Virus record (IMG/VR): IMGVR_UViG_3300010397_000007
Location: 5,042-69,041 of that record
Reading direction: 5' to 3' (one strand)
Origin: a virus
DNA: 64,000 nt
Shown here: positions 9,194-19,445 of the stretch, in pieces
How the letters are laid out: each line of letters begins with the position of its first letter
Position numbering within the stretch: position 1 is the stretch's first letter
Notes under the pieces: generated by a model
What the model was told of the DNA's origin: nothing
Databases searched by the model: none
Seen by the model: the letters and a program-made list of their open reading frames with translations, nothing else
Made by a program: the position numbers and the translations under genes

Positions 9194-9807
9194 GCCTGGG
9201 GCATCAAGCGCAAAACGGGAAGGATTCGGTGGCTGCCGCCATCATTGCTAAGCATCCACAGGCTAAGCGTTATGGCTTCTCTGACGCGCTCAAAGCCGAA
9301 GTGTATGAGGCCCTGATAAACGACTTTGATCCCTTCTGGCCCCAACATGAAGAGATGTGGCTTATGTCGTTCCCCTGCCCGACCGATTATACCGGGGACG
9401 TTGTTAAGCAAATCGCCTGGATCGACGGCCAAAAACACGAGCCGAGTGTTAGGCGCTTACTGCAAGTCTGGGGGACGGAATATCGCCGCGCTGATGATCC
9501 CCTCTACTGGGTTTCCGCTCTCTCCAAGCGTCTGCACGCAGATAAGCCAGAGATCGCTCTCATCGCAGACATGCGATACAGAAATGAATTCTACTGGATC
9601 AAAGGGCTAGGGGGAGTAACAGTTAACGTCGTCCGTGTCGGCTACGATAACGGTCTTACGCACGCAAGCGAACATGATCTTAACGGCGCTCCTTACGATT
9701 ACCTGCTCGCTGCGGGGCATGATGATCTTGCGGGATTACAGGCCGGCGCGGTGAAGTTGTTTGACAAGATTTGTGAGGGAAAATGTCTCGCTACAAAAGG
9801 GGCGTAA
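9169..9807 (+). CDS. deoxynucleoside monophosphate kinase
   Basis: GHQAQNGKD P-loop, FSDALK, RRLLQVWGTE, DMRYRNE, HASE (T4 gp1-like). Confidence 0.85.
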   Translation: MEPTQIIVGLGHQAQNGKDSVAAAIIAKHPQAKRYGFSDALKAEVYEALINDFDPFWPQHEEMWLMSFPCPTDYTGDVVKQIAWIDGQKHEPSVRRLLQVWGTEYRRADDPLYWVSALSKRLHADKPEIALIADMRYRNEFYWIKGLGGVTVNVVRVGYDNGLTHASEHDLNGAPYDYLLAAGHDDLAGLQAGAVKLFDKICEGKCLATKGA

Positions 9808-10160
9808 CCCTCAAGACGACAAAAGGCTACCCGCGAATCACTGCCGGCCCACTTCGCAATCAATATCTCCATCGTGTCGTAGCGGAAGCCATGTTGGGAC
9901 GGAAGCTGAATAAGGATGAGGAAGTCCATCATCGTGACGGCGATCGGCTTAACTTCCACCACTCCAATTTAATGATCCTCGGAGAGTATGACCATGGCTG
10001 GGTGAGCAGCCGGCAAGCATGGTTCATGCGCCAGAAGGATAAGCAGGAAAAGCGAGACTGGGATGAAGAGATCATCGCAGCCAAGGCGACTGGAAATGCC
10101 TGGGCCTACGCCGACGGACACATAGAAGAACGTTGGGAAATAAGAAAGGCAGCCTTTTAA
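9783..10160 (+). CDS. HNH endonuclease
   Basis: YLHRVVAE..LGR.L...EEVHHRDGDRLN....NL. Confidence 0.85.
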   Translation: MSRYKRGVTLKTTKGYPRITAGPLRNQYLHRVVAEAMLGRKLNKDEEVHHRDGDRLNFHHSNLMILGEYDHGWVSSRQAWFMRQKDKQEKRDWDEEIIAAKATGNAWAYADGHIEERWEIRKAAF

Positions 10161-10168
10161 GCTGCCTT
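10146..10168. terminator. hairpin at the convergence of the replication and late operons
   Basis: AAGGCAGC-cttttaa-GCTGCCTT. Confidence 0.55.
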
Positions 10169-10235
10169 CCGCCGTACCCTGAGTACGGCCCTAAGTGCCT
10201 CCGTGGGAGGCTGCCCTCCATTGGGGGAGGGAACA

Positions 10236-10607
10236 TTACATAGACGTTGGAGTTGGAACCGGCGCGGCGTTGAGAATGGTCACGATGGAACTGATGTAAT
10301 TCTGCACAGCCGCATCGCTTCCGTCTTTGCCTGCGTCTTTCAAACCCTGTGAAATTAGAGGGCCAATAGCAGCCACGACAGCCGCCAATTTCTGCGCTCC
10401 AGTACCGCTAGACTGCCCAATGGCTGCAAACTTCGCTTCCGTAGTTAGAATCTGCTGAACGGTAGCGTTATAAAGCGAGCCATACTGCGGCGCGTATAGA
10501 CTAATGGCTACGGCTCCAGCCGAGGCTGCCCACGGCATGATGAAGTCAAACACGACCTTAAAGTCATGCCCAATTGCTTTGAACACATTGATAAACTTAT
10601 TACTCAC
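10236..10607 (-). CDS. lysis-cassette protein (holin-like or hypothetical)
   Basis: Last gene of the late operon, amphipathic/hydrophobic helices. Confidence 0.55.
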   Translation of the reverse strand: MSNKFINVFKAIGHDFKVVFDFIMPWAASAGAVAISLYAPQYGSLYNATVQQILTTEAKFAAIGQSSGTGAQKLAAVVAAIGPLISQGLKDAGKDGSDAAVQNYISSIVTILNAAPVPTPTSM

Positions 10608-10821
10608 TTTTCACCTCTTTTGGTATGGCTGCGTTAGGATGACGTTCTACAACCTTGTTTGACACGACATGAAAGAAACGGTACACCCAGTCGTAAAGCT
10701 TCTCACCCCATGGACGCGGATCGCCAGGGGCAGGCATCGTCTCAACGGCTGCTACGTAAAAGTAAAGTAGAGCGCCGCCGATCACGACGTAATGTGCGCT
10801 AATGAATTGCGCCAAGTTCAC
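10600..10821 (-). CDS. putative holin
   Basis: 73 aa with an N-terminal TM helix, adjacent to the endolysin. Confidence 0.55.
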   Translation of the reverse strand: MNLAQFISAHYVVIGGALLYFYVAAVETMPAPGDPRPWGEKLYDWVYRFFHVVSNKVVERHPNAAIPKEVKSE

Positions 10822-10845
10822 TCCTAATTATACCGTAAAACTAAA

Positions 10846-10872
10846 GCGGCTCCGCCGCGACCCCTCACAAAG
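10846..10872 (+). repeat. Hairpin-CTCACA element copy 3
   Basis: GCGGC-TCC-GCCGC gaccc CTCACA AAG. Confidence 0.9.
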
Positions 10873-10893
10873 GAAGGGCCACGCGCATCATCT

Positions 10894-10920
10894 TCTTGTG
10901 AGGGTTTGCCCCGGAGGGGC
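10894..10920 (-). repeat. Hairpin-CTCACA element copy 4
   Basis: Top strand TCT TGTGAG ggttt GCCCC-GGA-GGGGC. Confidence 0.9.
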
Positions 10921-10932
10921 TATAGCGTCTGC

Positions 10933-11289
10933 TCAAATAACATCAAACTCCCTCTCCCCTGAATCCCACCAAGACTTACGATCCCCTGGGCCCAATACTA
11001 AGCAACCCTCGCTGGCATTGTGAGTCTTGTTATCGCCGTGGATCCGAAATGCGCTTCGTCCAAAGGTGTTAGTCCCGTCGCAAGGGATGAGGTTAATAGT
11101 GAAAGGGCCGAGCTTAGGATGATGATATGGCTCTCCGTCCATCCTCCATCGCCCTCTTGGTAGTGGCCCGTAGTCTTTCGTGGCTTCCCATGAAGGATTA
11201 TTCCTCCCGAGCCCGCGACCGGAGTAACCTTGAGCAAAGAAGGCTCCGTCACGAAGCAGTTCTCCAGTCTTTTGTTGGTAGATAAACAT
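10933..11289 (-). CDS. DUF2778/Tlde1-family L,D-peptidase; putative endolysin
   Basis: GYSG, GPLPRG.W, GRSAFRIHGD and ASEGCL (His/Cys dyad). Confidence 0.85.
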   Translation of the reverse strand: MFIYQQKTGELLRDGAFFAQGYSGRGLGRNNPSWEATKDYGPLPRGRWRMDGEPYHHPKLGPFTINLIPCDGTNTFGRSAFRIHGDNKTHNASEGCLVLGPGDRKSWWDSGEREFDVI

Positions 11290-11292
11290 TTC

Positions 11293-14200
11293 CTAATTGC
11301 CAATGCATTGATAGAGCAACACGTCCGTTCCAGTACCCGTCAACGCAAACGCAGAGCCGGAAGATGCCACAAATTTCACTGCATTCGCCGCCGTGGTGTC
11401 GATGGCCGTGCAGGAGTAAGAGGAAGAATTAGTGAACACTGCGGAACCTGTCAGGGTTACTGAGCAACTCGTTCCCAGAGTGCAGGTATCGATAACGATA
11501 TGCACGCCAGTTTGTTGCGTTCCGCTGTGATTATAGGTAGTGGGAACCGTCGTCAGATTGGCCACCGGAGTCGTACTGGTGACCACGAATGGTGCAGTGC
11601 CAGTGCCCAGCGTTGACGTAATCTGCGAATTCGTCGTTATCGGAATCTTGAAGGTATGGAGCGCGGCAGCTATCCGCTCTACCCAATTCGTGCCATCAAA
11701 GAGATGGTTGATCTGAAAATCAATTCCAGCGGCTCCACGTAGGCCAAGGAAGGAATTCGCTGGAGTAAGGACGCTTGAGTTGTCAAGCCCGATTGCCGAA
11801 TCAGCCGCGTCAGCGAGAGGGCGAAGGCTTCCTCCGGCGGCAGTCTTTGCAAAGTTTGAGTCGAGGACGGTTATGATGTCGGTGGCAGCGAGTGAGCCCA
11901 CATTCCCTAGTGTTCCTAGCCACAATCCTTTAGCATTAATCGCCGCGCCGTTATAATGAATTTCTGGTGTGATGGATGACGTTCCCACTGCTCCTGCTAG
12001 GCTGGGATCGCCAGTTTGGCAGCTCATTACTGCTGAGCCTGTAGCCATTCCTGTAGCACAGCTTTGAGCAATAACGGTGGGGCCATTGGCTCCGGCGGTA
12101 GAGGCTGCCGAATTATTAGACCCACCCCAGAAATCAGTAATGTATTCCGTTCCTCCGTTATGAACGTTGTTTGTGTCAGAGGACGGGCCGAGAACAACGT
12201 CGGTAGACCATTGGTCGATTTTGGGAAAGTAAGCTGCCGCTGCTACTGTGTAGGAGGTAGTGTTGACGGTGATATCGTCGGTAATTGTGCAGGTTCCACC
12301 AGAACAGACTGTTCCTTGAGCTTGAGCCAGTGCAACCGATCCGCAGGCGGAAACTGATCCTCCACCGCAATTCGCAGTATACGGCCCCGACTGAGAGCCG
12401 TCGCCGACAATGCGAATAACGTCATAGGTAATCGTTCCAGTTGAACCTATGGCATACCACTTGACTGTACACGTTCCAGCCCCCGATGATAGACATTTAC
12501 CAAGTAGAAGCGGAGCCCCTGTACCGAGGGTCGAAGACTTTGGAACAATGTAATACCAAAATTGAGTTGATCCCGAGGAGCTGGCCGTGAGAGTTGGGTA
12601 TTTTCCCGTGGGGCCGACGCCGCCAGTCTTAACGCAGCGCCCGCCTTGACAGATGATGCCTGCTGTTCCAGTCCCCAAGGGATTAGTGCAGGAGCCTACT
12701 TCTTGATAGACGTTGTTAAGTTCGGCAGCAGTATTTACGTCGAATGCGCCTAAAGCCCTAATGCCCCATTGATTGTAGGCTTGCACAACGCTGTCTCGAA
12801 TGGAAAAGGTATTTCCAGACTGCCAATCCACGGCGTTCCCGAGACATTGCATCGACATGTCATTGTGAATGGCGTACCCAACTGCCCCACTGTTTAACGT
12901 CGTACCAAATAGTCCAACACCGCACCACGCCGTCGTGCATCTAAGTGGCGGCCCGTTTCCGCTATTAAATGTGCTGTCCTGTAACGTGAACTTTTCATCA
13001 TCGTCAACTTTTATCAGGTAGTCGAAAACGTCCGTCGAGTTAATAAACGCAAACCCAACATGGTCGATCGTTAGTTCCTGTCCGTGGTCATGGATCACAA
13101 CTGTCGAGCCGTTGTCCGTATGGCCAATGCCCGCAAGGGGAGCGAAGTTTACATTGCGAATGGCCCCCAGTCGTGGGAAACTGTTTACTCCCGACGAGAG
13201 ACTATCCCCATATTCCACGCAGGCCATTCCAGAAGTGTTGCAACGAATGGATGCGCCTTGCCCATCAAGAATGTTGGGTGAAGATGATCCGTGCGCCCAG
13301 TTCATATTTAATGGGGCGTTGAAAACTGCGATCTGTGTGAGATCGCTAGTTGGGCTAAGGAGAACGTGAGCACCAAGGATAGGGTTATGCGTAGAGTCTG
13401 TCGGGTAAGCGTCAACGAACGCTTCCTGTACTCCCGCAGTTGCCGTACCGAGCGTAAAGCCCGCAGCGTGTGTTCCCGCCGCAGTGAAGGTTACGGTGCA
13501 TGTGCCACTTGAGAGTCCGGTGCAAGTGGTTGCCGTGATAAGTACCCGTTCTGGTGTGCCGGTTGCGGCGACCCACAGATAATGCTTGAATGGGGTCACG
13601 CTGGCAGCAGCAACTCCGCGTACCGCATTAATAGTCACCACGTTTGCGCCGATAGAGATCGTCCCAGAGGGCGATTGCACCCAAGCGAACTGATCTGCAT
13701 ATCGAGTCTGTTCGTGAACGTTTGTATTAAAGCTGGTTAGAGTTGGCTGGGTAATTGTCTGTGCTCCAATTGGAGCCTGAAACACATCTCCCCCACCGCC
13801 TCCGCCTGAGAATGTACAATTTGTGCGTTGATTAACAGAGTCGTCAGAGCAACCCGAGGCGAAATTGATTATCGATCGTTTCGGAAGAGGAATCGCGCCG
13901 TTCTCTACCGTCTGATACGCCTGAGTAATGATATGTGAGAAATCAAATGGCGCAGGGGGCAAAGGCGGCGTAGTGCAAGGAACCGCGCTATTGAGATCGA
14001 ACGTTGGAGTATTGGGGATGCAGTAGTTCCCACTTGATGTTGCCTTCCCATCGATCCAATATTCAACCGTCCACCATGTACAGGCTGTGGCGCTATTTGG
14101 ATTGCAATTGTTTGGCGTGATGACATCGTTTGAATAGAGATTGGTGGAGAAGTTGCCTTCAGTGTCCGTCGGCTTAACATCAAATTGTGTCTGTACCAAA

Positions 14201-15789
14201 ATCCCATCCCCACTCACACGCGGAACGAAGCCGGCAAAGTTGCGTAGCCGGAAACGGACAAAGGAGTTTCCCTTGACGCCGGAAGTTGAGCCGGATTGGA
14301 GGGTGCCAGTAACAGCGACGGTGCCTGTTCCTATGACAACGGGTTCCGCCATGGTCACAGAAGTTGGGTTAATGATTGCTGGCTTACCTACCGCCCGTAC
14401 ACGGAATGTGCTGGATGATGGGAGGAAGCTGATATCTACGGAGCCCGTAAGGGCGACAGGGATGCCAGTGACGCCGACTTGCATTGACGTGCCGTCTGCG
14501 CCGTAAAGCACTTCCATGTGATCGAGTGTTGAGAGAGAAGCATAGGTCGCATCGGTGGGGGTAAGAACCCAGGAGAGAGTAGTCCCGATGATAGTTCCGT
14601 TGATTGTGTAACAAGGGTCAATACCAGTCTCAATTTCCGTCCCCTCTTCATAATCGTTCCATTGAACTTGGACGTAGGGGATCTGACTAGAAGAAGAGTA
14701 TCCCGCCGCGCCGATTTTCGCAGCGGTTAAATCCATAACCTGTCCGCACTGTTGCGAGGTTACCTTATTAGTTCCGAATGAAGCATTAGAGTCGTCAAAC
14801 CCTTTCCCAATGAAGCCGATTGCAAGTTTAGAGGGATTAGCCCGAGCGACGGAGTAGAAATTGTCATAGTAACCCGCTAGGCCGTTCCAATTCAATTGGC
14901 TGCCTGCCGGAAGATTGTCGAATGTAGAAGCTTGAGACCACGCGAATGATCCGTCAAGTCCAGTTTGTGTGAACGCGCCTGAGTTGCGGCTAAGAATTAG
15001 AACCTGTGCGGTGTACGTACAGCCCCCGCCGCAAGATTGTCCTAAGGCAACGTGGGCGTGGACATGAGGCCAAACGTTGTTCCAGACGACCGAGGGCCAG
15101 TTTGTAGTATCGATGAAGAAAGGGACGACGGGCTTTCCGCCGAAGGTCTCATAGTAGGACTGGTAGAGGTAATGAGATGCCATGTAATCAAGGCGATTCT
15201 CGATACATGCTTCCATTTGGGCATCATTGATTCCTGCGCCATTTGGGCAAAAGGGTTGAATCGCTCCCTGATCCAGCGTGAGCATCAACTTTGGATAGCC
15301 AGCGGGATTTCCCGCGATTGCTGTATTGACTGCATTCGTGACACTAAGATTGAATGCCTTCGATGCGTCATCTCCGTAGTAGTCAATGTCGACTGCATCA
15401 ATCCCAGATGCCTTCATCGCCGCCAACTGCGCCGCTACCTGTGAAGCATTTGACTCGTCCATGCCAATGTTAAGGTGCGAGTTACACGGCGAGGAAGAGT
15501 TACAGAACCACGGTTGGTAGTGGGCAAGAATTCGTGTCGTTGCGCCGGGATACAAACGGTTCTTATGCGGCAAGAGACTGTAATTTGCAGGCGCAGGAAC
15601 AGGCGTCTGCGTAATCGCATTCGTATGGGCAGGATCAGTCGTTAACGCTGTGGTTGCAGCATTGCAGCCTACGGTGGACGCACCTGGGCCAGTACATCCC
15701 GAGCCGTTATGGGCGAGAGGATTGAACGTCTGCGCGGTTAGGGCAAAAGGGAAGAAGAAGATGACGAGAAATAAGAGTTTACGGGTCAT
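11293..15789 (-). CDS. large receptor-binding/depolymerase protein: signal peptide, GH71/GH99-like glycoside hydrolase, beta-helix, fibre-like C-terminus
   Basis: ILAHYQPWF, GIDAVDIDYYG, QWNDYEEGTEIE; STLGTGTAPFVVTSTTPVANL fibre motif. Confidence 0.7.
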   Translation of the reverse strand: MTRKLLFLVIFFFPFALTAQTFNPLAHNGSGCTGPGASTVGCNAATTALTTDPAHTNAITQTPVPAPANYSLLPHKNRLYPGATTRILAHYQPWFCNSSSPCNSHLNIGMDESNASQVAAQLAAMKASGIDAVDIDYYGDDASKAFNLSVTNAVNTAIAGNPAGYPKLMLTLDQGAIQPFCPNGAGINDAQMEACIENRLDYMASHYLYQSYYETFGGKPVVPFFIDTTNWPSVVWNNVWPHVHAHVALGQSCGGGCTYTAQVLILSRNSGAFTQTGLDGSFAWSQASTFDNLPAGSQLNWNGLAGYYDNFYSVARANPSKLAIGFIGKGFDDSNASFGTNKVTSQQCGQVMDLTAAKIGAAGYSSSSQIPYVQVQWNDYEEGTEIETGIDPCYTINGTIIGTTLSWVLTPTDATYASLSTLDHMEVLYGADGTSMQVGVTGIPVALTGSVDISFLPSSSTFRVRAVGKPAIINPTSVTMAEPVVIGTGTVAVTGTLQSGSTSGVKGNSFVRFRLRNFAGFVPRVSGDGILVQTQFDVKPTDTEGNFSTNLYSNDVITPNNCNPNSATACTWWTVEYWIDGKATSSGNYCIPNTPTFDLNSAVPCTTPPLPPAPFDFSHIITQAYQTVENGAIPLPKRSIINFASGCSDDSVNQRTNCTFSGGGGGGDVFQAPIGAQTITQPTLTSFNTNVHEQTRYADQFAWVQSPSGTISIGANVVTINAVRGVAAASVTPFKHYLWVAATGTPERVLITATTCTGLSSGTCTVTFTAAGTHAAGFTLGTATAGVQEAFVDAYPTDSTHNPILGAHVLLSPTSDLTQIAVFNAPLNMNWAHGSSSPNILDGQGASIRCNTSGMACVEYGDSLSSGVNSFPRLGAIRNVNFAPLAGIGHTDNGSTVVIHDHGQELTIDHVGFAFINSTDVFDYLIKVDDDEKFTLQDSTFNSGNGPPLRCTTAWCGVGLFGTTLNSGAVGYAIHNDMSMQCLGNAVDWQSGNTFSIRDSVVQAYNQWGIRALGAFDVNTAAELNNVYQEVGSCTNPLGTGTAGIICQGGRCVKTGGVGPTGKYPTLTASSSGSTQFWYYIVPKSSTLGTGAPLLLGKCLSSGAGTCTVKWYAIGSTGTITYDVIRIVGDGSQSGPYTANCGGGSVSACGSVALAQAQGTVCSGGTCTITDDITVNTTSYTVAAAAYFPKIDQWSTDVVLGPSSDTNNVHNGGTEYITDFWGGSNNSAASTAGANGPTVIAQSCATGMATGSAVMSCQTGDPSLAGAVGTSSITPEIHYNGAAINAKGLWLGTLGNVGSLAATDIITVLDSNFAKTAAGGSLRPLADAADSAIGLDNSSVLTPANSFLGLRGAAGIDFQINHLFDGTNWVERIAAALHTFKIPITTNSQITSTLGTGTAPFVVTSTTPVANLTTVPTTYNHSGTQQTGVHIVIDTCTLGTSCSVTLTGSAVFTNSSSYSCTAIDTTAANAVKFVASSGSAFALTGTGTDVLLYQCIGN

Positions 15790-18700
15790 TTAATTACGTA
15801 TGCTCCCTTTGGTTTTGCCGCCGCGTTTATCTGAGAAGAGAAATTTGGCGAGATGCCGGTGCCATTCAAAGTAATCGTCTGCGGTGAGTCCGAAGCAGAA
15901 TCGGTTAATGTAATAGTTGCTGTGCGAGAACCAATGGCCGTCGGAGTAAACGTCACAGTAATGACGCATGACGACGAAATCCCAAGGTTACCCGCAATGG
16001 GGCAGGTATTCGACTGAAAGAAATCAGATGGATTCGTACCACCAAGAACAATTGATGAGATTGATAAAACGAAACTTCCCGTATTGGTGAGCGTAATCGG
16101 CTGCGAGACGCTCGTTGTCTGCGTCCGCTGTGGGCCAAAGGTTAGAACGTTCGCGGTAAGCTGTGCGATTGGCACTCCCGGTGCCTGTTCGCCATAGCAA
16201 GTCGCTGGATCATAGGCTCCTCCAGATCCCGGCCCTGACGCATAGCAGATCTGTGCGGGAAGGGCATTCACGCGGGTTCCGGCATTCGGAGCGATCGGGG
16301 GAAACGGCACACCCGTCACCGTAAAGAAGTTTGGAGTCGTTGTTAGATATAGAGAATTCGGAAGCGTCTGCGAGGGGGCATAGGTAGTGACGATGCTCCC
16401 TGAGGGAACGTTATTGTTCCAGATGACCGATGCCGAGTTGCAATCCCAGTTGCCGCCGCGAAGGATCGTCGCGCCTACCTTAGCTGAGAGCGTTAGATTG
16501 GGAGATGCTGTACCGCCATCGTCGAAGTAACCTAACTTGTAAATTGTCGCAGAATCAGCTTGGTCAGCATTTCGTTCGTAATTCGTAGCGGTACATGTCC
16601 CGGTATTTGGCCCAAAAACGTTTCCGTAGACGTTGAAGTAGTTATTGTAATAAGCGAGCGTCAGTGCGTAGAGCCCACCAGTCATCGGCGTTCCTGTGCT
16701 CGGATTCGTAGAGAGCAGGGGAACGTAGTTACGGAAGACTGTATTGTGCGAGGCAGAGCCCGCAACGAAGTCGAAGTTGATATTCGGCGTGTAGTTTCCT
16801 TCCCACAAATTCATGTAAGGATGTGCGCCGTGAGTGTTCTTCTCTGGCAGCGAGTTCTGCGTCAACTGTTGGTAAGAGTCAAACATGTAGTTGTACGCGA
16901 AGACGTTGCCAGAGCCACCGATAAGGATCGTTGAGTGACGAGCCTTACGGATGATGTTGTTGACTACGAGGTTCTCAGAGAGACGGAATTCCCCGTAGAT
17001 AGCATAGGTCTCGCCGGAGAGATGTGAGTAGCCGTCGAAGAGATAGTTGTTTGAAATTTCAGAACCGTAAACGTCTGACATGTAGATATTCGCACGGTCT
17101 ACGGCGAGGTCAGATTCAACGTTGTGAACCCAGCAATGGGCGCAAGCTTCGAGGTTGATGTTCTTGAATACGATCCCGGTGCCAGAGGAAACCGTGCTGG
17201 CAAGCTTTAGGTTCTCAAGTCCAACATTCTCAATCATCGGGATCTTGTAAACCTGCGGCGCGTTTGTGTAGTCGATGTAGAGCGGACGTTCGAGGGTCAC
17301 AACGCTGCCGGCGATGTTAGTGATGCGATCAACCTGAATCATGACCTTCGTCGGCTGGTTGTGGCCGCAGAAGGTACAGTTCGAAGAGTTACCTTGAGTC
17401 TGAACGAGAGGATTGCCATCGGAGTCAATAGGATTCGTCTCGGTGATACCGAGATAATTGCCGATCGCAAGGCCTGCCACACTAGCGAGAGTGATCGATG
17501 TTGATCCCTGGCTCGCGCCCGCCGTGACGTTGATGTAAACCGCGTTCGTACCATTCAGGTACGTTGTACCCATTGAAATGATGTTTGCGCCGTCACCATA
17601 GTTAATGGTCGTCTGATTCGCACCTGCGCCGCGAAGGACTACGGACTTATCCGTAAGGCAGAGACCGGCTTCATAAACGCCGCCGCCGAAGTCATCTGAC
17701 TTTCCAGGGCAGACTGTGGGGGTTCCGCCAGTGCGATGGATGGTAAAGGTGCCAGCGTTCAACTTTACGACTGATCCCGCCGCGCAGTTATTGATCGCAG
17801 TTTGAATTGCTGTTGAGTCATCTGCTCCCCCACCGATCGGTGAGAGTGTCGCGCAGATGGGCCATGCAGCAGAGGGGATACCTCCGGGGATACCTACGTG
17901 TGTCCAATCGATTTGTCGAGTCGAAGGGATACCGTTGGTGGTGACGGTGAAATTTGTGCCTAGCGAAACAAGAGAGCTAACCGTAATAACAACGTTGCCT
18001 GTAGTAGCTCCGACGGGGACGGTAAAGGTAATCGATGTATCAGACCAACTGGCAATAGATGTAACGTTAGTCCCATTCACTGTAATAGTGCTTGATCCGG
18101 CAGCCTGAGAAGCTCCAAAGTTACTTCCAGTAATCGTTACAGACGTACCAACGGGGCCAAGAACAGGATTGATCGAGGAGATAATTGGAGTAATCGGCCC
18201 GCCGCCAGTTTGTACCGGATTTGGATAAACCATTGCCGTGTAGGTATGGGTAGACGAACAGGTATCAGTGCTCGTCCAGACACCAAACATTGAGGATGGT
18301 TGAGAGCCTGAGACAAAATAATCACGGTTGATGTCTACGCCAGGGTTCTCTCCACCGTCACCTTTAATCGCAATCGCCGCGTCATTGTTCCAAATATAGA
18401 TTGGAGCTGTGTTGCGAGTGCCAGAGGCACAGGTAGAATGTCCATCCGTTTGTCCATTCCACCCACTCCCAGCCTGATATGCACGCGGCCATGTACCAGT
18501 GTCTTCCTCGAACATATCTATGCCAACGTTAGAGGTAGCGTTTGTACCAGAATGCGTGTTGTCGTGAATGAACCCCGATCCCGCACGAATCTCGATATAG
18601 CAGCATTGCTGCGGTGTTGGGCCACCAGAGGAGGCAACCTGACGGAATTCATTGTTATTGATGTCGAAGAAGCGAGCGCCGACATTTGCGAGACCAGGAG

Positions 18701-19445
18701 TCCCGTGTTGGTCAATCTGCATGTTGATAAGCAGATTGTGGCGGAAAATTGTGCGGGCCCCATTGTAAGACTGGAGGGCGGAGGCTCCGAAGAAGAATGG
18801 CTGACCGCTTAGGTCGAGAGAAAAGGTATTGTCTTCGACAACGGTTGTATCGTTCTGAGAACCATCAGTGACGAGGTTGGTAGTCCAGCCTGTCGTGTTG
18901 TTCGTACCGTAGCCCGTGACGTGAATTAGCTCGTTAGGGCCGTTCGCTTGGGTGGTATTAAATGTATTGTGGTCGATCTCAACTGGGCCATTGCCGGAGA
19001 CCGTGACACATGTGTTATTCGACGTAGTCGTGGTAAATGTGTTGTGGTCAATGCGGATGTATCCCTGACCTGGGGAGCCATCTCCCGTAACGGGGTATTG
19101 GTTGGCCGTTCCTGCGGGATTGCAATTCGTGACGATGAATCCAGTCATCCGCTGGATTGCAGAGGAGCTTGGCGGGCTGTTAAGTTGAAAGCCCCAGAGA
19201 GAAAGAGTAGTGTTGCCGCCGCCATCAATGGTGATTGCTTTGGAAGCCGCGACAGCGATCTTTGCGGAATAGGCAACCGTGCAGGGGCGGTGCGCCGCAT
19301 CGATGTTTACCGTGTCCCCGCTTACTGCCGTGCTGACTGCGGTAGTCATGTCTGCTTGGGAACACGTGGGAGCGGTAACGGTTGATGCGAAGGCCGAAGC
19401 GCAACCGAATAGGAATACCAGAGCGATGAGTTTAAGAATCTTCAA
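15786..19445 (-). CDS. tailspike-like protein: signal peptide, two beta-helix (pectate-lyase-like) regions, IPT/TIG domain, C-terminal Ig-like (ASH/choice-of-anchor D) domain
   Basis: RIDHNTF repeats; P.ISSINP..GPVGTSVTITGSNFG (IPT); ITLTNTG...SCVITVTFTPTAIG.RTA.ITLTD. Confidence 0.7.
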   Translation of the reverse strand: MKILKLIALVFLFGCASAFASTVTAPTCSQADMTTAVSTAVSGDTVNIDAAHRPCTVAYSAKIAVAASKAITIDGGGNTTLSLWGFQLNSPPSSSAIQRMTGFIVTNCNPAGTANQYPVTGDGSPGQGYIRIDHNTFTTTTSNNTCVTVSGNGPVEIDHNTFNTTQANGPNELIHVTGYGTNNTTGWTTNLVTDGSQNDTTVVEDNTFSLDLSGQPFFFGASALQSYNGARTIFRHNLLINMQIDQHGTPGLANVGARFFDINNNEFRQVASSGGPTPQQCCYIEIRAGSGFIHDNTHSGTNATSNVGIDMFEEDTGTWPRAYQAGSGWNGQTDGHSTCASGTRNTAPIYIWNNDAAIAIKGDGGENPGVDINRDYFVSGSQPSSMFGVWTSTDTCSSTHTYTAMVYPNPVQTGGGPITPIISSINPVLGPVGTSVTITGSNFGASQAAGSSTITVNGTNVTSIASWSDTSITFTVPVGATTGNVVITVSSLVSLGTNFTVTTNGIPSTRQIDWTHVGIPGGIPSAAWPICATLSPIGGGADDSTAIQTAINNCAAGSVVKLNAGTFTIHRTGGTPTVCPGKSDDFGGGVYEAGLCLTDKSVVLRGAGANQTTINYGDGANIISMGTTYLNGTNAVYINVTAGASQGSTSITLASVAGLAIGNYLGITETNPIDSDGNPLVQTQGNSSNCTFCGHNQPTKVMIQVDRITNIAGSVVTLERPLYIDYTNAPQVYKIPMIENVGLENLKLASTVSSGTGIVFKNINLEACAHCWVHNVESDLAVDRANIYMSDVYGSEISNNYLFDGYSHLSGETYAIYGEFRLSENLVVNNIIRKARHSTILIGGSGNVFAYNYMFDSYQQLTQNSLPEKNTHGAHPYMNLWEGNYTPNINFDFVAGSASHNTVFRNYVPLLSTNPSTGTPMTGGLYALTLAYYNNYFNVYGNVFGPNTGTCTATNYERNADQADSATIYKLGYFDDGGTASPNLTLSAKVGATILRGGNWDCNSASVIWNNNVPSGSIVTTYAPSQTLPNSLYLTTTPNFFTVTGVPFPPIAPNAGTRVNALPAQICYASGPGSGGAYDPATCYGEQAPGVPIAQLTANVLTFGPQRTQTTSVSQPITLTNTGSFVLSISSIVLGGTNPSDFFQSNTCPIAGNLGISSSCVITVTFTPTAIGSRTATITLTDSASDSPQTITLNGTGISPNFSSQINAAAKPKGAYVIK

